Below, piece after piece: positions 1 through 9,131 of a DNA stretch of 64,000 bases. Source of the stretch: Candidatus Heimdallarchaeum aukensis (lineage in GTDB: Archaea > Asgardarchaeota > Heimdallarchaeia > Heimdallarchaeales > Heimdallarchaeaceae); NCBI GenBank assembly GCA_021513695.1, contig CP084166.1, forward strand, positions 2,016,001 through 2,080,000. The letters run 5' to 3'. The stretch's first letter is position 1, and the number at the start of each line of letters is the position of its first letter. The position numbers and the translations under genes are program-made. A model generated the notes under the pieces. That model ran no database searches. It saw only the letters and a list, made by a program, of their open reading frames with translations, and was not told the origin of the DNA.

Positions 1-628
1 ATTTAGTAAAGCTATTGAAGCTGTAAAAGAAAAATCGCCCAAAAGAAAGTTCGTTGAATCGATTGATATGGCTATAAATCTTAAGGATGTAAATCTCAAA
101 GATCCATCTAAGAGGTTTCAGATAGATGTTATTCTTCCCCACGAGATAGAAAAAGAAATAAAAATCTGTCTCTTTGGTGAAGGTTCTCATCTAATTGAAG
201 CACAGCAACTCAAAATATCTAAAGTAATTGATAGAAAAGAGTTGGAAAACATATCTCGTGATCCTAAGTTAGCAAAGAAGATTGCACAGAGTTATGATTT
301 CTTCATTTCCAGCGCACAACTTATGCCTGTTATCGGTAAAACATTAGGGCGATATTTAGGGCCTAGAGGAAAAATGCCTAGACCCGTCCCGCCAACCGAA
401 CAACTAGAACCCCTAGTGAAAAACTATAGTCGAACCGTTAAATTACGTTTAAGGCAAAATCCTGTCGTACATTCACGAATTGGAACAATGAACATGGATA
501 CACAATACTTAGCAGAAAATGCAATGGCTGTACTTCGTGCTGTAGAGGGAAAACTCGAAAGAGGCGCAAGTAACATAAAATCAATTTATCTTAAATCGAC
601 TATGGGTCCTTCAGTAAAAGTAGAATAG
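1..628 (+). CDS. rpl1: 50S ribosomal protein L1 (5' end lies outside the window)
   Basis: The reading frame is open from position 2. The translation (FSKAIEAVKEKSPKRKFVESIDMAINLKDV...GPRGKMP...) matches the L1 family. The gene sits immediately upstream of L10/P0 and L12/P1, as in archaeal L1-L10-L12 operons. Confidence 0.9.
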   Translation, partial: FSKAIEAVKEKSPKRKFVESIDMAINLKDVNLKDPSKRFQIDVILPHEIEKEIKICLFGEGSHLIEAQQLKISKVIDRKELENISRDPKLAKKIAQSYDFFISSAQLMPVIGKTLGRYLGPRGKMPRPVPPTEQLEPLVKNYSRTVKLRLRQNPVVHSRIGTMNMDTQYLAENAMAVLRAVEGKLERGASNIKSIYLKSTMGPSVKVE

Positions 629-637
629 GTGACATAA

Positions 638-1654
638 ATGTCGTCAGTAAGAATTTCAGAAGCAAAAATACAAACAGTAGAGAAACTCAAATCAGAATTG
701 CTTTCCTATCCTATTATCGGTCTCGTAAAAATTGAGAACATTAATGCACGTGTAGTACAGAAGATGAGATCAGAACTTAGAAAAGAAGCTAAAATAGTAA
801 TGGCAAAGAACAATTTAATGAAACTAGCAATAGATCAAGTGAAAGATAAAGTAAAGGGGATAGAACAACTAAAAGAATACATTAAAGGACCTTGTGCATT
901 TTTATTAACAAAAACTAATCCTTTCAAACTAGCAACATACATGAACACAAACAAAGTTCCTGCCCCAGCAAAACCAGGACAAATAGCTTCAAATGATATA
1001 GTTGTTCCTGCAATGAATACAGGTATCCCTCCAGGACCCGTAATATCTGAATTGCAATCACTCGGACTGAAAACTAGAATTGAAGGAGGACAGATAAAAA
1101 TAGCTGAACCCTCCGTCGTTACAAAAGAAGGAGAAAAAGTAACTCGTTCTGTTGCTTTATTACTACGAAGATTGAACATTGAGCCTTTCTTCGTGGGATT
1201 AAGCATGACAGTAGCTCTACAAGATGGAACACTATTACACGGAAAAGATTTGATAGTAGACTATGAACAATATCTCAATAACTTACAATATGCCCATAGC
1301 AGAGCTTTGAACTTAGCAGTTAATGCAGGAATCGTAACAAAAAGAAGCTTACCTATTTTGATACAAAAAGTCTATCAACAAGCAATAAACTTGACTGTTA
1401 ATGCTGGAATAGCAACAACACGCACATTACCTATGTTACTCGCAAAAGTAAGAAGCCAAGCATTAGCGTTGACTAGAATAATAGGTGAAATAGATAGTAA
1501 TGCTGTTTCTGCTAAAGCGCTAGAAGCAGCAAAAACGGCTTCGGTGGCACAAAAAACCACTGTAAGCACGGACAATAAACAAAAACAAGAAGAAAAAGAA
1601 GAAGAGCCAGAAGAAGAGGAAGAAGACCTCGGATTAGGCGCACTATTTGGATAG
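638..1654 (+). CDS. rplP0: 50S ribosomal protein L10 / acidic stalk protein P0
   Basis: 338 aa. The N-terminus is P0-like. The C-terminus has an acidic [18 protein letters not shown] stalk motif identical to that of the downstream P1/L12 gene. Confidence 0.92.
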   Translation: MSSVRISEAKIQTVEKLKSELLSYPIIGLVKIENINARVVQKMRSELRKEAKIVMAKNNLMKLAIDQVKDKVKGIEQLKEYIKGPCAFLLTKTNPFKLATYMNTNKVPAPAKPGQIASNDIVVPAMNTGIPPGPVISELQSLGLKTRIEGGQIKIAEPSVVTKEGEKVTRSVALLLRRLNIEPFFVGLSMTVALQDGTLLHGKDLIVDYEQYLNNLQYAHSRALNLAVNAGIVTKRSLPILIQKVYQQAINLTVNAGIATTRTLPMLLAKVRSQALALTRIIGEIDSNAVSAKALEAAKTASVAQKTTVSTDNKQKQEEKEEEPEEEEEDLGLGALFG

Positions 1655-1664
1655 GTGAAAAAAA

Positions 1665-1967
1665 ATGGAATATGTATATGCAGCAATGATCCTACATGAA
1701 TTAGGAAAAGAAATAAATGAACAAGCAGTAAAAAAGGTTCTTGAAGCAGCAGGAGCTTCAGTAGATGAGTCAAGAGTAAAAGCTCTAGTAGCAGCTCTTG
1801 AAGAAGTAGACATCGAACAAGCTCTAGAAACAGCAGTAATGGCTGCTGCAGCTCCTTCAGCTCCAGCTTCAGCAGGTGGTGCAGAAGAAAAAGCTGAAGA
1901 GAAAAAAGAAGAACCTGAAGAAGAGGAAGAAGAAGAAGATCTAGGTCTTGGAGCTTTATTCGGATAA
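1665..1967 (+). CDS. rpl12: 50S ribosomal protein L12 / P1 stalk protein
   Basis: 100 aa. [30 protein letters not shown] with an Ala-rich hinge and a C-terminal [15 protein letters not shown] motif typical of archaeal P1. Confidence 0.93.
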   Translation: MEYVYAAMILHELGKEINEQAVKKVLEAAGASVDESRVKALVAALEEVDIEQALETAVMAAAAPSAPASAGGAEEKAEEKKEEPEEEEEEEDLGLGALFG

Positions 1968-2186
1968 AGCAAAATAAAGACCAAAGTCTTCTGAAGAAAA
2001 TTTTTTCTTTTCTTTATTCTCTTTTTAATTATTTATTTTTTTTAAGAACAATATTTTGAGAAAAAGAGAGTAAACTAAAAAATAAAGTTTGAAGCTTTAA
2101 AAGAAGAAGATAACAATAGAAAAGCTTTTTTAGGTACAAAAAAAAAGAATTATCGTAAATTAAAAACGCTATGGAAAAAGAAGAAA

Positions 2187-2260
2187 GCGGGGTTAGCAGA
2201 GTAGTTATGCGGCGGTCTGCAAAACCGTGGACAGGAGTGCAAATCTCCTACCCCGCTCCA
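2187..2260 (+). tRNA. tRNA-Cys (anticodon GCA)
   Basis: Cloverleaf read by hand. Acceptor stem GCGGGGT/ACCCCGC (7 bp). Anticodon stem GCGGT/ACCGT with loop CTGCAAA. T-arm AGGAG-TGCAAAT-CTCCT. Discriminator T followed by an encoded CCA. The overlapping ORF 2171..2386 is spurious. Confidence 0.75.
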
Positions 2261-2438
2261 ATAAGAGAAGAAAAAAACTTTTTTGAAAAATATTATTGCG
2301 TCAAAAGTTATGCTACTAATAACAGTCTAAACTTAAAAAAAGAATGTTTAGAAAATCAGAAAGTAAGAACATTCAGAGTACAGTAATATCGTAGGAAAAA
2401 CAATACTTAAATTAAGTTAGACGAAAGAGCAAACAATT

Positions 2439-3326
2439 ATGGTTTTTGTAATCTTTGTAGCTGGTTTACTAGAACATGATTCAGGAAAAACTACTCTATC
2501 TAAAGAGATAATCAAACACTTTAAGGACGAAGAAAATATAATAGTACAACCTTTCAAACCTTTAAGTGGGAATAATTTATATTATAACTTCAAAGAAATA
2601 AGAAAAAATTTTGATAAATACAAAGAGATACTATCACTAGATATAATAGAACTAGTAGAACAAGCAGAGACTAAAGTAGAAAATCCAACAATTAATAACC
2701 CAGTTCATAAATTAAATACGCCAGCAATACCTTACGAATTCATAAAGGAAGGAGTGACTCAAACTTATTATAATAGATTTACAGAAAGTGTGGCGTTAAT
2801 ACAAAGATTTACAATTATAGAAGAAGAGAATAAAAGCAAAAATTACTATATAATAAATAATCAAAGCTATAAAAATGCAAAGTTCTTTAATGAAGAAGAG
2901 ATAATAGAAGAATTAAGAAAAAAGGCAGAGAAAATAAACACATACTCAAATGAAGAAGAGTATATAGCTCTAAATATGGATTATTATGCTAAAGCAACAG
3001 AATCAACATTTAATTATTTTGAAAAAAAAGAAAAAATAATACTAATTGAGGGGTTTAACAACTCAGCTCATCCAGCGTGGTGCGTGAGAAAAGCAAATAT
3101 AGTAATATTAGTAGGACCAGGAACAATAATAACATACGAACCAGAAAAATACTTTACAGCAATAGATAATTATAGAATGATAAATAGAGAAAAATTAACA
3201 ATAACAAGTGATATAGTAAAACTACAAAAACCTGATGCAATGTTTAGATTTTCACTAAATAAGGAAGATCTGGATAAAAAAATAAAAAAGTTAATTGAGG
3301 AAATAAACAAAAAAAAGATAAAATAA
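2439..3326 (+). CDS. hypothetical protein with a deviant P-loop-like N-terminus (VAGLLEHDSGKTT)
   Basis: 295-aa ORF, Lys/Glu-rich. The N-terminus resembles dethiobiotin-synthetase or CobQ-type nucleotide-binding loops, but the resemblance is not conclusive. Confidence 0.45.
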   Translation: MVFVIFVAGLLEHDSGKTTLSKEIIKHFKDEENIIVQPFKPLSGNNLYYNFKEIRKNFDKYKEILSLDIIELVEQAETKVENPTINNPVHKLNTPAIPYEFIKEGVTQTYYNRFTESVALIQRFTIIEEENKSKNYYIINNQSYKNAKFFNEEEIIEELRKKAEKINTYSNEEEYIALNMDYYAKATESTFNYFEKKEKIILIEGFNNSAHPAWCVRKANIVILVGPGTIITYEPEKYFTAIDNYRMINREKLTITSDIVKLQKPDAMFRFSLNKEDLDKKIKKLIEEINKKKIK

Positions 3327-3497
3327 ATTGAGAATAAGATAAAATTAATTTAAAACAAAAACAAAGTAAAATTCTAGATATGCTGATTCGTTAATTCTCT
3401 TTTTTAAATTGCTAGAGAAATATATTAGGCAAAAATCCGATCTCATACAGCATTTAAAAGTTGGAAAAGTCTTAATTTGAAATAAGAAAAATGCAAG

Positions 3498-3605
3498 TGG
3501 TGCACGCGCCGGGATTTGAACCCGGGTTCCGTCAGTTCCACAACTACTTTCATACAGAAAGCAGCTTGGCAGTGACGAGTCCTAGCCAAACTAGACTACG
3601 CGAGC
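3498..3605 (-). tRNA. tRNA-Gly (anticodon GCC) with an intron of about 31 nt at or next to the anticodon loop
   Basis: Minus-strand read: GCTCGCG TA GTCT AGTTTGGCTA GGAC T CGTCA CTGCCAA [intron] TGACG GAAC CCGGG TTCAAAT CCCGG CGCGTGC A CCA. There is one T-T mismatch at acceptor pair 3-70. Confidence 0.7.
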
Positions 3606-3763
3606 ATAAATTATTTTTAACTAATTTCTGATTAATGCTTTTTCCTTCTTAATTAAATTTTTCGCTTATTGTTATGCTTTTCTTGATGTTGTAAATTCAA
3701 CGAAAATGGTTTAATAACTTTCCAAAAGATCTATTTTTTTTGAGATAATGAATGTAATTTAAC

Positions 3764-4684
3764 TTACTGTTCTTGTTTAACCCTTATTTTTTTCCAAACA
3801 ATTTCTTCATTTTTGGGCATTGTTTTATTTTGTACAAAGAATTCATCTATATATTCACACATTCTACACGTTTTGTTACAATAGTTCTTGTCTTTAATTC
3901 TAGGTGATAATTGTTCTTCAGATTTTAGTTTCTCAACAAAGGATATAATACTACTAATCCTTTTTAATTCTATATCCTCCTTAGGTATATCTAATATTAT
4001 TCTTTTCTTTTCATCATTGTTATTTAAGTACCACAGTTCAGGAGTAATTTCGATATTAGGTTTCTTTTTTCTAATAATTTCTGAGTAGGTTAACACTTGC
4101 CTTTTATCTCTTGGTGATTTTTTTCCTGTTTTTAGTTCTATCACTCTTATTGCTGTTCGATCTACTGTCCAAGCTAATATGTCTATTCTGCCTGTTAAAA
4201 GAAATTTTTCTGATAATTCATACTCAATTTTGTATTCAGTTCCGATAACAAGAGAAATTAATCTTCCTTTATTATTCTCTTCAACTAAAGTAGAACAAAG
4301 CATAGCCAAAGAGCGTAAATTAAAATAAAGCTCATCGTCAAACTTTACTTCTTTTTCTCTTTCAATTATACAATCAAAGTCCTTTTCTCCATCAGGAAAG
4401 AAAAATCTTTCTGTCAACTCATATAAAGCGGTAAAAAAAGATTCTTTGACGGATAGTTTTTCGTGTATGTAAAAATGTTGTACTAAGTCGAAATTGTTTG
4501 ATAAAACAGATTGTAGAAGTAGATGGTAAAAAGTTCCTAGCTCCATAGATCTTGAAGAAGAAGCATACTCTCTCAATTTATTCATTTTAAGTAGAACTTC
4601 AATATACGGTCTTATTGTACAAAAATCATCTTCAAGAACATCAGTAACGCTAATACTAACATGTTTTTGGAACATGACATTCAC
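3764..4684 (-). CDS. Cas4-like / RecB-family PD-(D/E)xK nuclease with a 4-Cys Fe-S cluster signature (solo, no CRISPR array)
   Basis: 306 aa. Motifs GRIDILAWTVD (D), VIELKTGKK (ExK) and RQVLTYSEI (QxxxY). One N-terminal Cys (DDFCTIRPY) and a C-terminal CNKTCRMCEY (CX3CX2C) cluster, as in Cas4/DUF83 nucleases. Confidence 0.6.
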   Translation of the reverse strand: MNVMFQKHVSISVTDVLEDDFCTIRPYIEVLLKMNKLREYASSSRSMELGTFYHLLLQSVLSNNFDLVQHFYIHEKLSVKESFFTALYELTERFFFPDGEKDFDCIIEREKEVKFDDELYFNLRSLAMLCSTLVEENNKGRLISLVIGTEYKIEYELSEKFLLTGRIDILAWTVDRTAIRVIELKTGKKSPRDKRQVLTYSEIIRKKKPNIEITPELWYLNNNDEKKRIILDIPKEDIELKRISSIISFVEKLKSEEQLSPRIKDKNYCNKTCRMCEYIDEFFVQNKTMPKNEEIVWKKIRVKQEQ

Positions 4685-4764
4685 GCTAATCTTTAATCTT
4701 TTAATAAATTTATAAAAAAGAAAAAAACATAGTCAAAAATAACACATCTTATTTTTTTATTATT

Positions 4765-6219
4765 ATGTTTATATATCGAAAAGTTATTTTTGAATTTGAA
4801 ATGGCTTCAAGAACACATATTCAAGAATATGAATCATGTATTGTTTTCCAGAAATTTATGATCGAAGAAAACATACTTGTTAATTTCTGTAAACATATCG
4901 ATTTTGGCATAGATGGTGAGCTGGATATATTACAAGAAGAGCCAAGGGATGATTTTTACGAAGAACGTAGAGCAATAGATATAGATTTAAGGAAAAAGGC
5001 TTTTGTTCAACTCAAATCTAAAAGAGAAAAAAGTAGGGTAAATGAAGATGGAACTGTTTCATATAGCTTTAAAAAACGACATTTAAAACTATGGCAAAAT
5101 TCGCCCATACCCGTTTTTGTTTTTTTGGTTTACCTTGATGACTCAAAAGAGATCTATTGGACATATGTTGATATTGACTTACAAATAGAAGAAGGGGAAT
5201 CGGAATGCCAAAACCTTACTCTTGAAAAACTAGAGAGGGGATGTAGAAATAAATTCAATAAGATAATTGAGGAGCATTATAAAAAAACAGGATACAAATA
5301 TAATGTCTCAACAAAATTACCAATGTTTAGAGATTTTATTGAAAGGAGAAAGCAAGGTTTAGAACTAAGAAAAAGTTTGATTTTCAAGGAATTAAATCCA
5401 ATAGAAGATAAAAAGGCTAAAATGTTAAGTCCTTTTCCTAAATCAGGATTGAGAAGCAAAACCAGCTACTCAGGATATGCCTTATCTATAGATGATTTCT
5501 ATGAAAAAATAGATGACGATGAATACATTAATGAGCTTTTTAGCCGTAAATCAAGGATAGAAAGCAATATTATTGAGAGTGTATATAAAGCAGAAGTAGC
5601 AAAGATAAAATATGATCTTGTAAATAATCACGAAACATTTTTTGATGATAGTTGGATTGAAATATTTGAAAATATAACAAAAATAACAGAGGAATATACA
5701 AGACCTATTTTGTTTATTAATAGTGAACTAAGAGATATTATTCGAGGGATTCCTGCAGCAGATAGACCTAGTCTAGTAAATCAAGTTCTTCATAATTCAA
5801 AAGAAGATGCAATATCACATTCTCATTATGAAAACATAATAAATGGAAAAAATGTTTATTTCTATTTCTTTTATATTCCTAGACACTTAAGTAAAAAGTT
5901 TCCTGTGTTAAACGATATTAAAATAATTATCTTAGATAGAGAAAAGGTAAAATATATTGTTAAAGAGCCATTAAGATTAGAATGGAGGACGATTACTAGG
6001 CCAGTTCAAGTTGATATTATCGATGGCGCAGCATATAAAGTTACAAAAAAAGAAGAAGAGTGGGATTGGTTTGACTTTACTTGTTATACTATAGGAGAAA
6101 TAAGAAATGAAGGACCAATAAAAATATACAAATTTTCCGAAGATGAGAAAAAGGAATTACAAGACTTTGAAGATAGACTAATAAAACTTACAAAATCAAG
6201 AAAGATTACCAAGGAATAA
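4765..6219 (+). CDS. hypothetical protein with an N-terminal restriction-endonuclease-like signature (HIDFGIDGELDILQE ... QLKSK)
   Basis: 484 aa. Divergently transcribed from the Cas4-like gene with an 80-bp gap. From memory, the N-terminal pattern (D-GIDG-E ... QxK ... PVFVFLVYLD) resembles the DUF4365 family. This could not be verified without a search. Confidence 0.4.
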   Translation: MFIYRKVIFEFEMASRTHIQEYESCIVFQKFMIEENILVNFCKHIDFGIDGELDILQEEPRDDFYEERRAIDIDLRKKAFVQLKSKREKSRVNEDGTVSYSFKKRHLKLWQNSPIPVFVFLVYLDDSKEIYWTYVDIDLQIEEGESECQNLTLEKLERGCRNKFNKIIEEHYKKTGYKYNVSTKLPMFRDFIERRKQGLELRKSLIFKELNPIEDKKAKMLSPFPKSGLRSKTSYSGYALSIDDFYEKIDDDEYINELFSRKSRIESNIIESVYKAEVAKIKYDLVNNHETFFDDSWIEIFENITKITEEYTRPILFINSELRDIIRGIPAADRPSLVNQVLHNSKEDAISHSHYENIINGKNVYFYFFYIPRHLSKKFPVLNDIKIIILDREKVKYIVKEPLRLEWRTITRPVQVDIIDGAAYKVTKKEEEWDWFDFTCYTIGEIRNEGPIKIYKFSEDEKKELQDFEDRLIKLTKSRKITKE

Positions 6220-6240
6220 TCACGTTTATTTTTTATTTAC

Positions 6241-6540
6241 TTATTCGTCTATTATTTTTTGTATTTCTTGTATAAATTCTGCTACTTTAGTTCCTTTTTC
6301 TGTTAGGCTAAAAACACGTTTATTGTAAGGAGGTAGGTATTCCTCTTCTATGAGTTCAAGGACGAGAAGTTTGTTAAGTGAAGTATAAACAGATGTTTGT
6401 GCTATACCAGGTATATTATCTATCAGTTGTGTGATCATTGCTTTTTTTTCAGATAATAGGTATAACAGTATCCTAAGAGCTCCTTTTTGTTCAAGTAAAG
6501 AAAGGGAACCTTCTCGTTCTCTCATTCTTCGGTATCCCAT
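6241..6540 (-). CDS. winged-helix transcriptional regulator (PadR/ArsR-like)
   Basis: 99 aa. ALRILLYLLSEKKAMITQLIDNIPGIAQTSVYTSLNKLLVLELIEEE is a typical HTH plus wing. It lies in the divergent promoter region with the downstream Rep/Par-like pair. Confidence 0.6.
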   Translation of the reverse strand: MGYRRMREREGSLSLLEQKGALRILLYLLSEKKAMITQLIDNIPGIAQTSVYTSLNKLLVLELIEEEYLPPYNKRVFSLTEKGTKVAEFIQEIQKIIDE

Positions 6541-6986
6541 ACCCTTAAACTGTCTAAGAGCTAAAAAATATTCTTATACAATTAATGTATGCATATATAC
6601 GAATGTTTTATATATGAGTAAACCAAATAATACGTAGGGGTTAAGCGACAGAATAAAAATAGAAATGAACCTAAGGAGCGATGAAAAAAGAATGATGGGT
6701 CAAAGATATGAGAAGAAAAGAAGAAAAAAACGTATATACGCCTTCTTCTGTAGTCTGTTCCGTACATAAATATATAGGGGACAAAGAGTTAGGTGTTTTG
6801 TGGATAAGTATTCAACTAGAGGGTGTAAAGCCTGATTTTTATAGTTTTGTTAGTAGAACATTTATAGGAAAAAAGTTTCTTTTATTTTTTTCTGCGTTTA
6901 TAAATTATTTTTATGATAAATATTGTAAACAACAAACCAAGAGGAGGAAAGAGAAGGACTTCTTCACTTCAAAAAAGTGAAACCGT

Positions 6987-8180
6987 GTGGTGGAGTTTAT
7001 GACTGTAAGTGAAAGGGGAAAGGATAAGTTTTTTTCAAATATCTATTATGATTTTAAAGGGGAAAAAAATAGAACCTTAGCAGATATAATTCCGTTTGAG
7101 TTTGAAGCAGTAATACAAGAGGAACATCTGATTGCTATTCAAGATATTAGAATAAAGGCAGGAATAAAATATCATCTACATATTAAAAGTTTGGAGACAG
7201 ATCAAAAATTACAAGGAGTAGACCTTTTAATTAGAAAACGTGGAGAGAAGATAGTTTTTACTTTGTCGCATCGAATGAAAAAACTGTTCAAAAAAGGAGA
7301 AAAAGTAAAGGTCAGTATCTTTTGTCCAACAGAAGATTTTTACGGTTTTTACGGAAGAAAACAAAAAGAAGGAATAAGAGATGTATCCATCCACAACGAT
7401 GAGATCTTGTGTATAGCTTTTATCTATCAAATGGGAGAAAATAAAAGGCTAATCAGTCTCAATAGCGAAAATGAAGAGTATTTGTCAAAATTAGAAGGAA
7501 TACAAGAGACTTTTCGTATCTTGGATGATAGAATAATAAGGAGAGATGAGGAAGGAAATGTCCCCTTTGAAGCTAAAAGTTACTCTAATTATGCAATAGT
7601 AAGATACTACACGATAATGAACAGGTATGATTTCATAAAGAATCAAGAAAATCACTCTTCTGTTTATACTTACTTCGTAGGAGATGAAAAAATCCTTCCT
7701 ACAGTAACATCCGTCAAAGCTTGTTTAGTGATAGTAATAAACAAGTCCTTGATTCCTATATGTCTAGAAGAGAGAGTAAGAAAAGAAATAAACATGTTTC
7801 TGGACAAAAAAATGCCTTTATTTAAAATACAAGACCAACTTTATGAATTAAAAAGAGTAATTTTGCAATGTATTAGAGCGTATTATAGACCTCCAGTAGC
7901 AGAAGAGACATATAACGAGTTCAACATTAAATCAATGCTTTTTCATTTAAACCGTCCAACTTCTCCTGTATACAAAGCAATTATATCCCTCATTTCTTTT
8001 GACAACTACATCTCAGTGGAAAAACTGGTAAAATATGTAGAAAAGAGGTATAAAATAAAAGATAGACGTTACATCAGTGAATCGTTAACAGAACTGATAA
8101 ATCTTGGAATTATAAAAAGAAAGGTTGAGGACGGAAAAGTAGGGGTAGGGGTTGTGAGGTCATATGATGAAAAAAGATGA
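6987..8180 (+). CDS. hypothetical protein with a C-terminal winged-helix-like region; candidate partner (centromere-binding or Rep-like) of the downstream ParA/MinD ATPase
   Basis: 397 aa. Overlaps the ParA-like gene by 17 nt, which indicates an operon. The C-terminus (ISVEKLVKYVEKRYKIKDRRYISESLTELINLGIIKRK) looks like a wH domain. There is no Walker A motif. Confidence 0.35.
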   Translation: MVEFMTVSERGKDKFFSNIYYDFKGEKNRTLADIIPFEFEAVIQEEHLIAIQDIRIKAGIKYHLHIKSLETDQKLQGVDLLIRKRGEKIVFTLSHRMKKLFKKGEKVKVSIFCPTEDFYGFYGRKQKEGIRDVSIHNDEILCIAFIYQMGENKRLISLNSENEEYLSKLEGIQETFRILDDRIIRRDEEGNVPFEAKSYSNYAIVRYYTIMNRYDFIKNQENHSSVYTYFVGDEKILPTVTSVKACLVIVINKSLIPICLEERVRKEINMFLDKKMPLFKIQDQLYELKRVILQCIRAYYRPPVAEETYNEFNIKSMLFHLNRPTSPVYKAIISLISFDNYISVEKLVKYVEKRYKIKDRRYISESLTELINLGIIKRKVEDGKVGVGVVRSYDEKR

Positions 8181-8964
8181 ACAAGGAAAAGTAGTGAGTT
8201 TTTTCAGTTTTTCAGGAGGAGTAGGTAAAACGACTTTAGTTGTTAACATCGCCAAAATATTAGCAGAACAAGGGAAGAAAACAATAGTGCTAGAACTAGA
8301 ATTACTTTCACCTAAATACCAAACTATTTTTGGGTTTAATCCTGCGAAATCTATAGATGAATTATATATGCAAGATTATAGAAACATCCTTGAACTAGAA
8401 ACGATTGATAGAATAATTAAGAAAAGTATAATTACAAACGATTATGGAGTAGATTTCATTATCCCTACTGCTCCAGCAACAATAGAAGATCTAATTAACA
8501 GAGATAGAGACTATCATCATAAAGATTTTGCAAACTTTATAAGAAATTTACTAGCTTATCTGCGGAAGAAATACGAAATAGTGTTGATAGACTCTCCAAG
8601 TATAACGAACACCGAAATAATGAGTGTTTTACTGCTATCAGATAAATTAGTTTATGTCTGTATTCCCCCTTTGGGAGATATATCTAAAGGAATAGAAAAA
8701 ATAAAAAAATTTCCAGAGAGTACATTCATCGATCCGATTGATGTGATAATAAATAAAGTACCAGTAGAAACAGAGAAAGAGAGACAAATATTGGAAAGAA
8801 AAATGAAAGAACAACTAAAGAAAGAACAAATAAACAAAGTAAGAGTAGTAGAATTATCACTAGATTATATAAAAGAGAATGTAAAAGAAAGGAGAATATA
8901 CATAGAAAAAGAAAAGGAAAAAAACATGTACCAAACACTGCTAAACTACAGTAAAGAATTATGA
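8164..8964 (+). CDS. ParA/MinD-family (SIMIBI) ATPase
   Basis: 266 aa. Deviant Walker A FSFSGGVGKTTLVVN and Walker B EIVLIDSPS. Confidence 0.75.
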   Translation: MMKKDEQGKVVSFFSFSGGVGKTTLVVNIAKILAEQGKKTIVLELELLSPKYQTIFGFNPAKSIDELYMQDYRNILELETIDRIIKKSIITNDYGVDFIIPTAPATIEDLINRDRDYHHKDFANFIRNLLAYLRKKYEIVLIDSPSITNTEIMSVLLLSDKLVYVCIPPLGDISKGIEKIKKFPESTFIDPIDVIINKVPVETEKERQILERKMKEQLKKEQINKVRVVELSLDYIKENVKERRIYIEKEKEKNMYQTLLNYSKEL

Positions 8965-8995
8965 TATCAAATTTAAAAGAAAAGAAAAATAAAGT

Positions 8996-9047
8996 CTATC
9001 ACTATCCCTATCTCTAAAACTATCACTATCACTATCATTATCACTAT
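8996..9047. repeat. (CTATCA)n hexanucleotide repeat tract
   Basis: ctatcactatccctatctctaaaactatcactatcactatcattatcactatt. Its reverse complement shares 19-20 identical bases (gatagtgatagtgatagtt) with the tract at 54963..55011. Confidence 0.75.
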
Positions 9048-9131
9048 TATTTTCATTTGAACTAGCAAAAAATAAACAAAACAAAACGAAAAGGGAAAAA
9101 AACACAAAAGAATGGAGATAAGAGAAAGAGA

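Noticed and set aside
835-1984. Three antisense ORFs (123, 132 and 113 aa) opposite the L10/P0 and L12 genes
   Set aside because: They are the mirror of GAA/GAG-rich acidic codons, giving Ser-rich nonsense. The sense-strand genes are unambiguous ribosomal proteins.
2171-2386. 71-aa ORF from the ORF track
   Set aside because: It overlaps a well-formed tRNA-Cys(GCA) cloverleaf at 2187-2260. The peptide has no protein-like features.
6431-6980. Small ORFs (68, 61 and 90 aa) in the divergent intergenic region between the wHTH gene and the 6987 gene
   Set aside because: They are short, low-complexity and mutually overlapping, and sit in an AT-rich promoter region. There is no support for coding.
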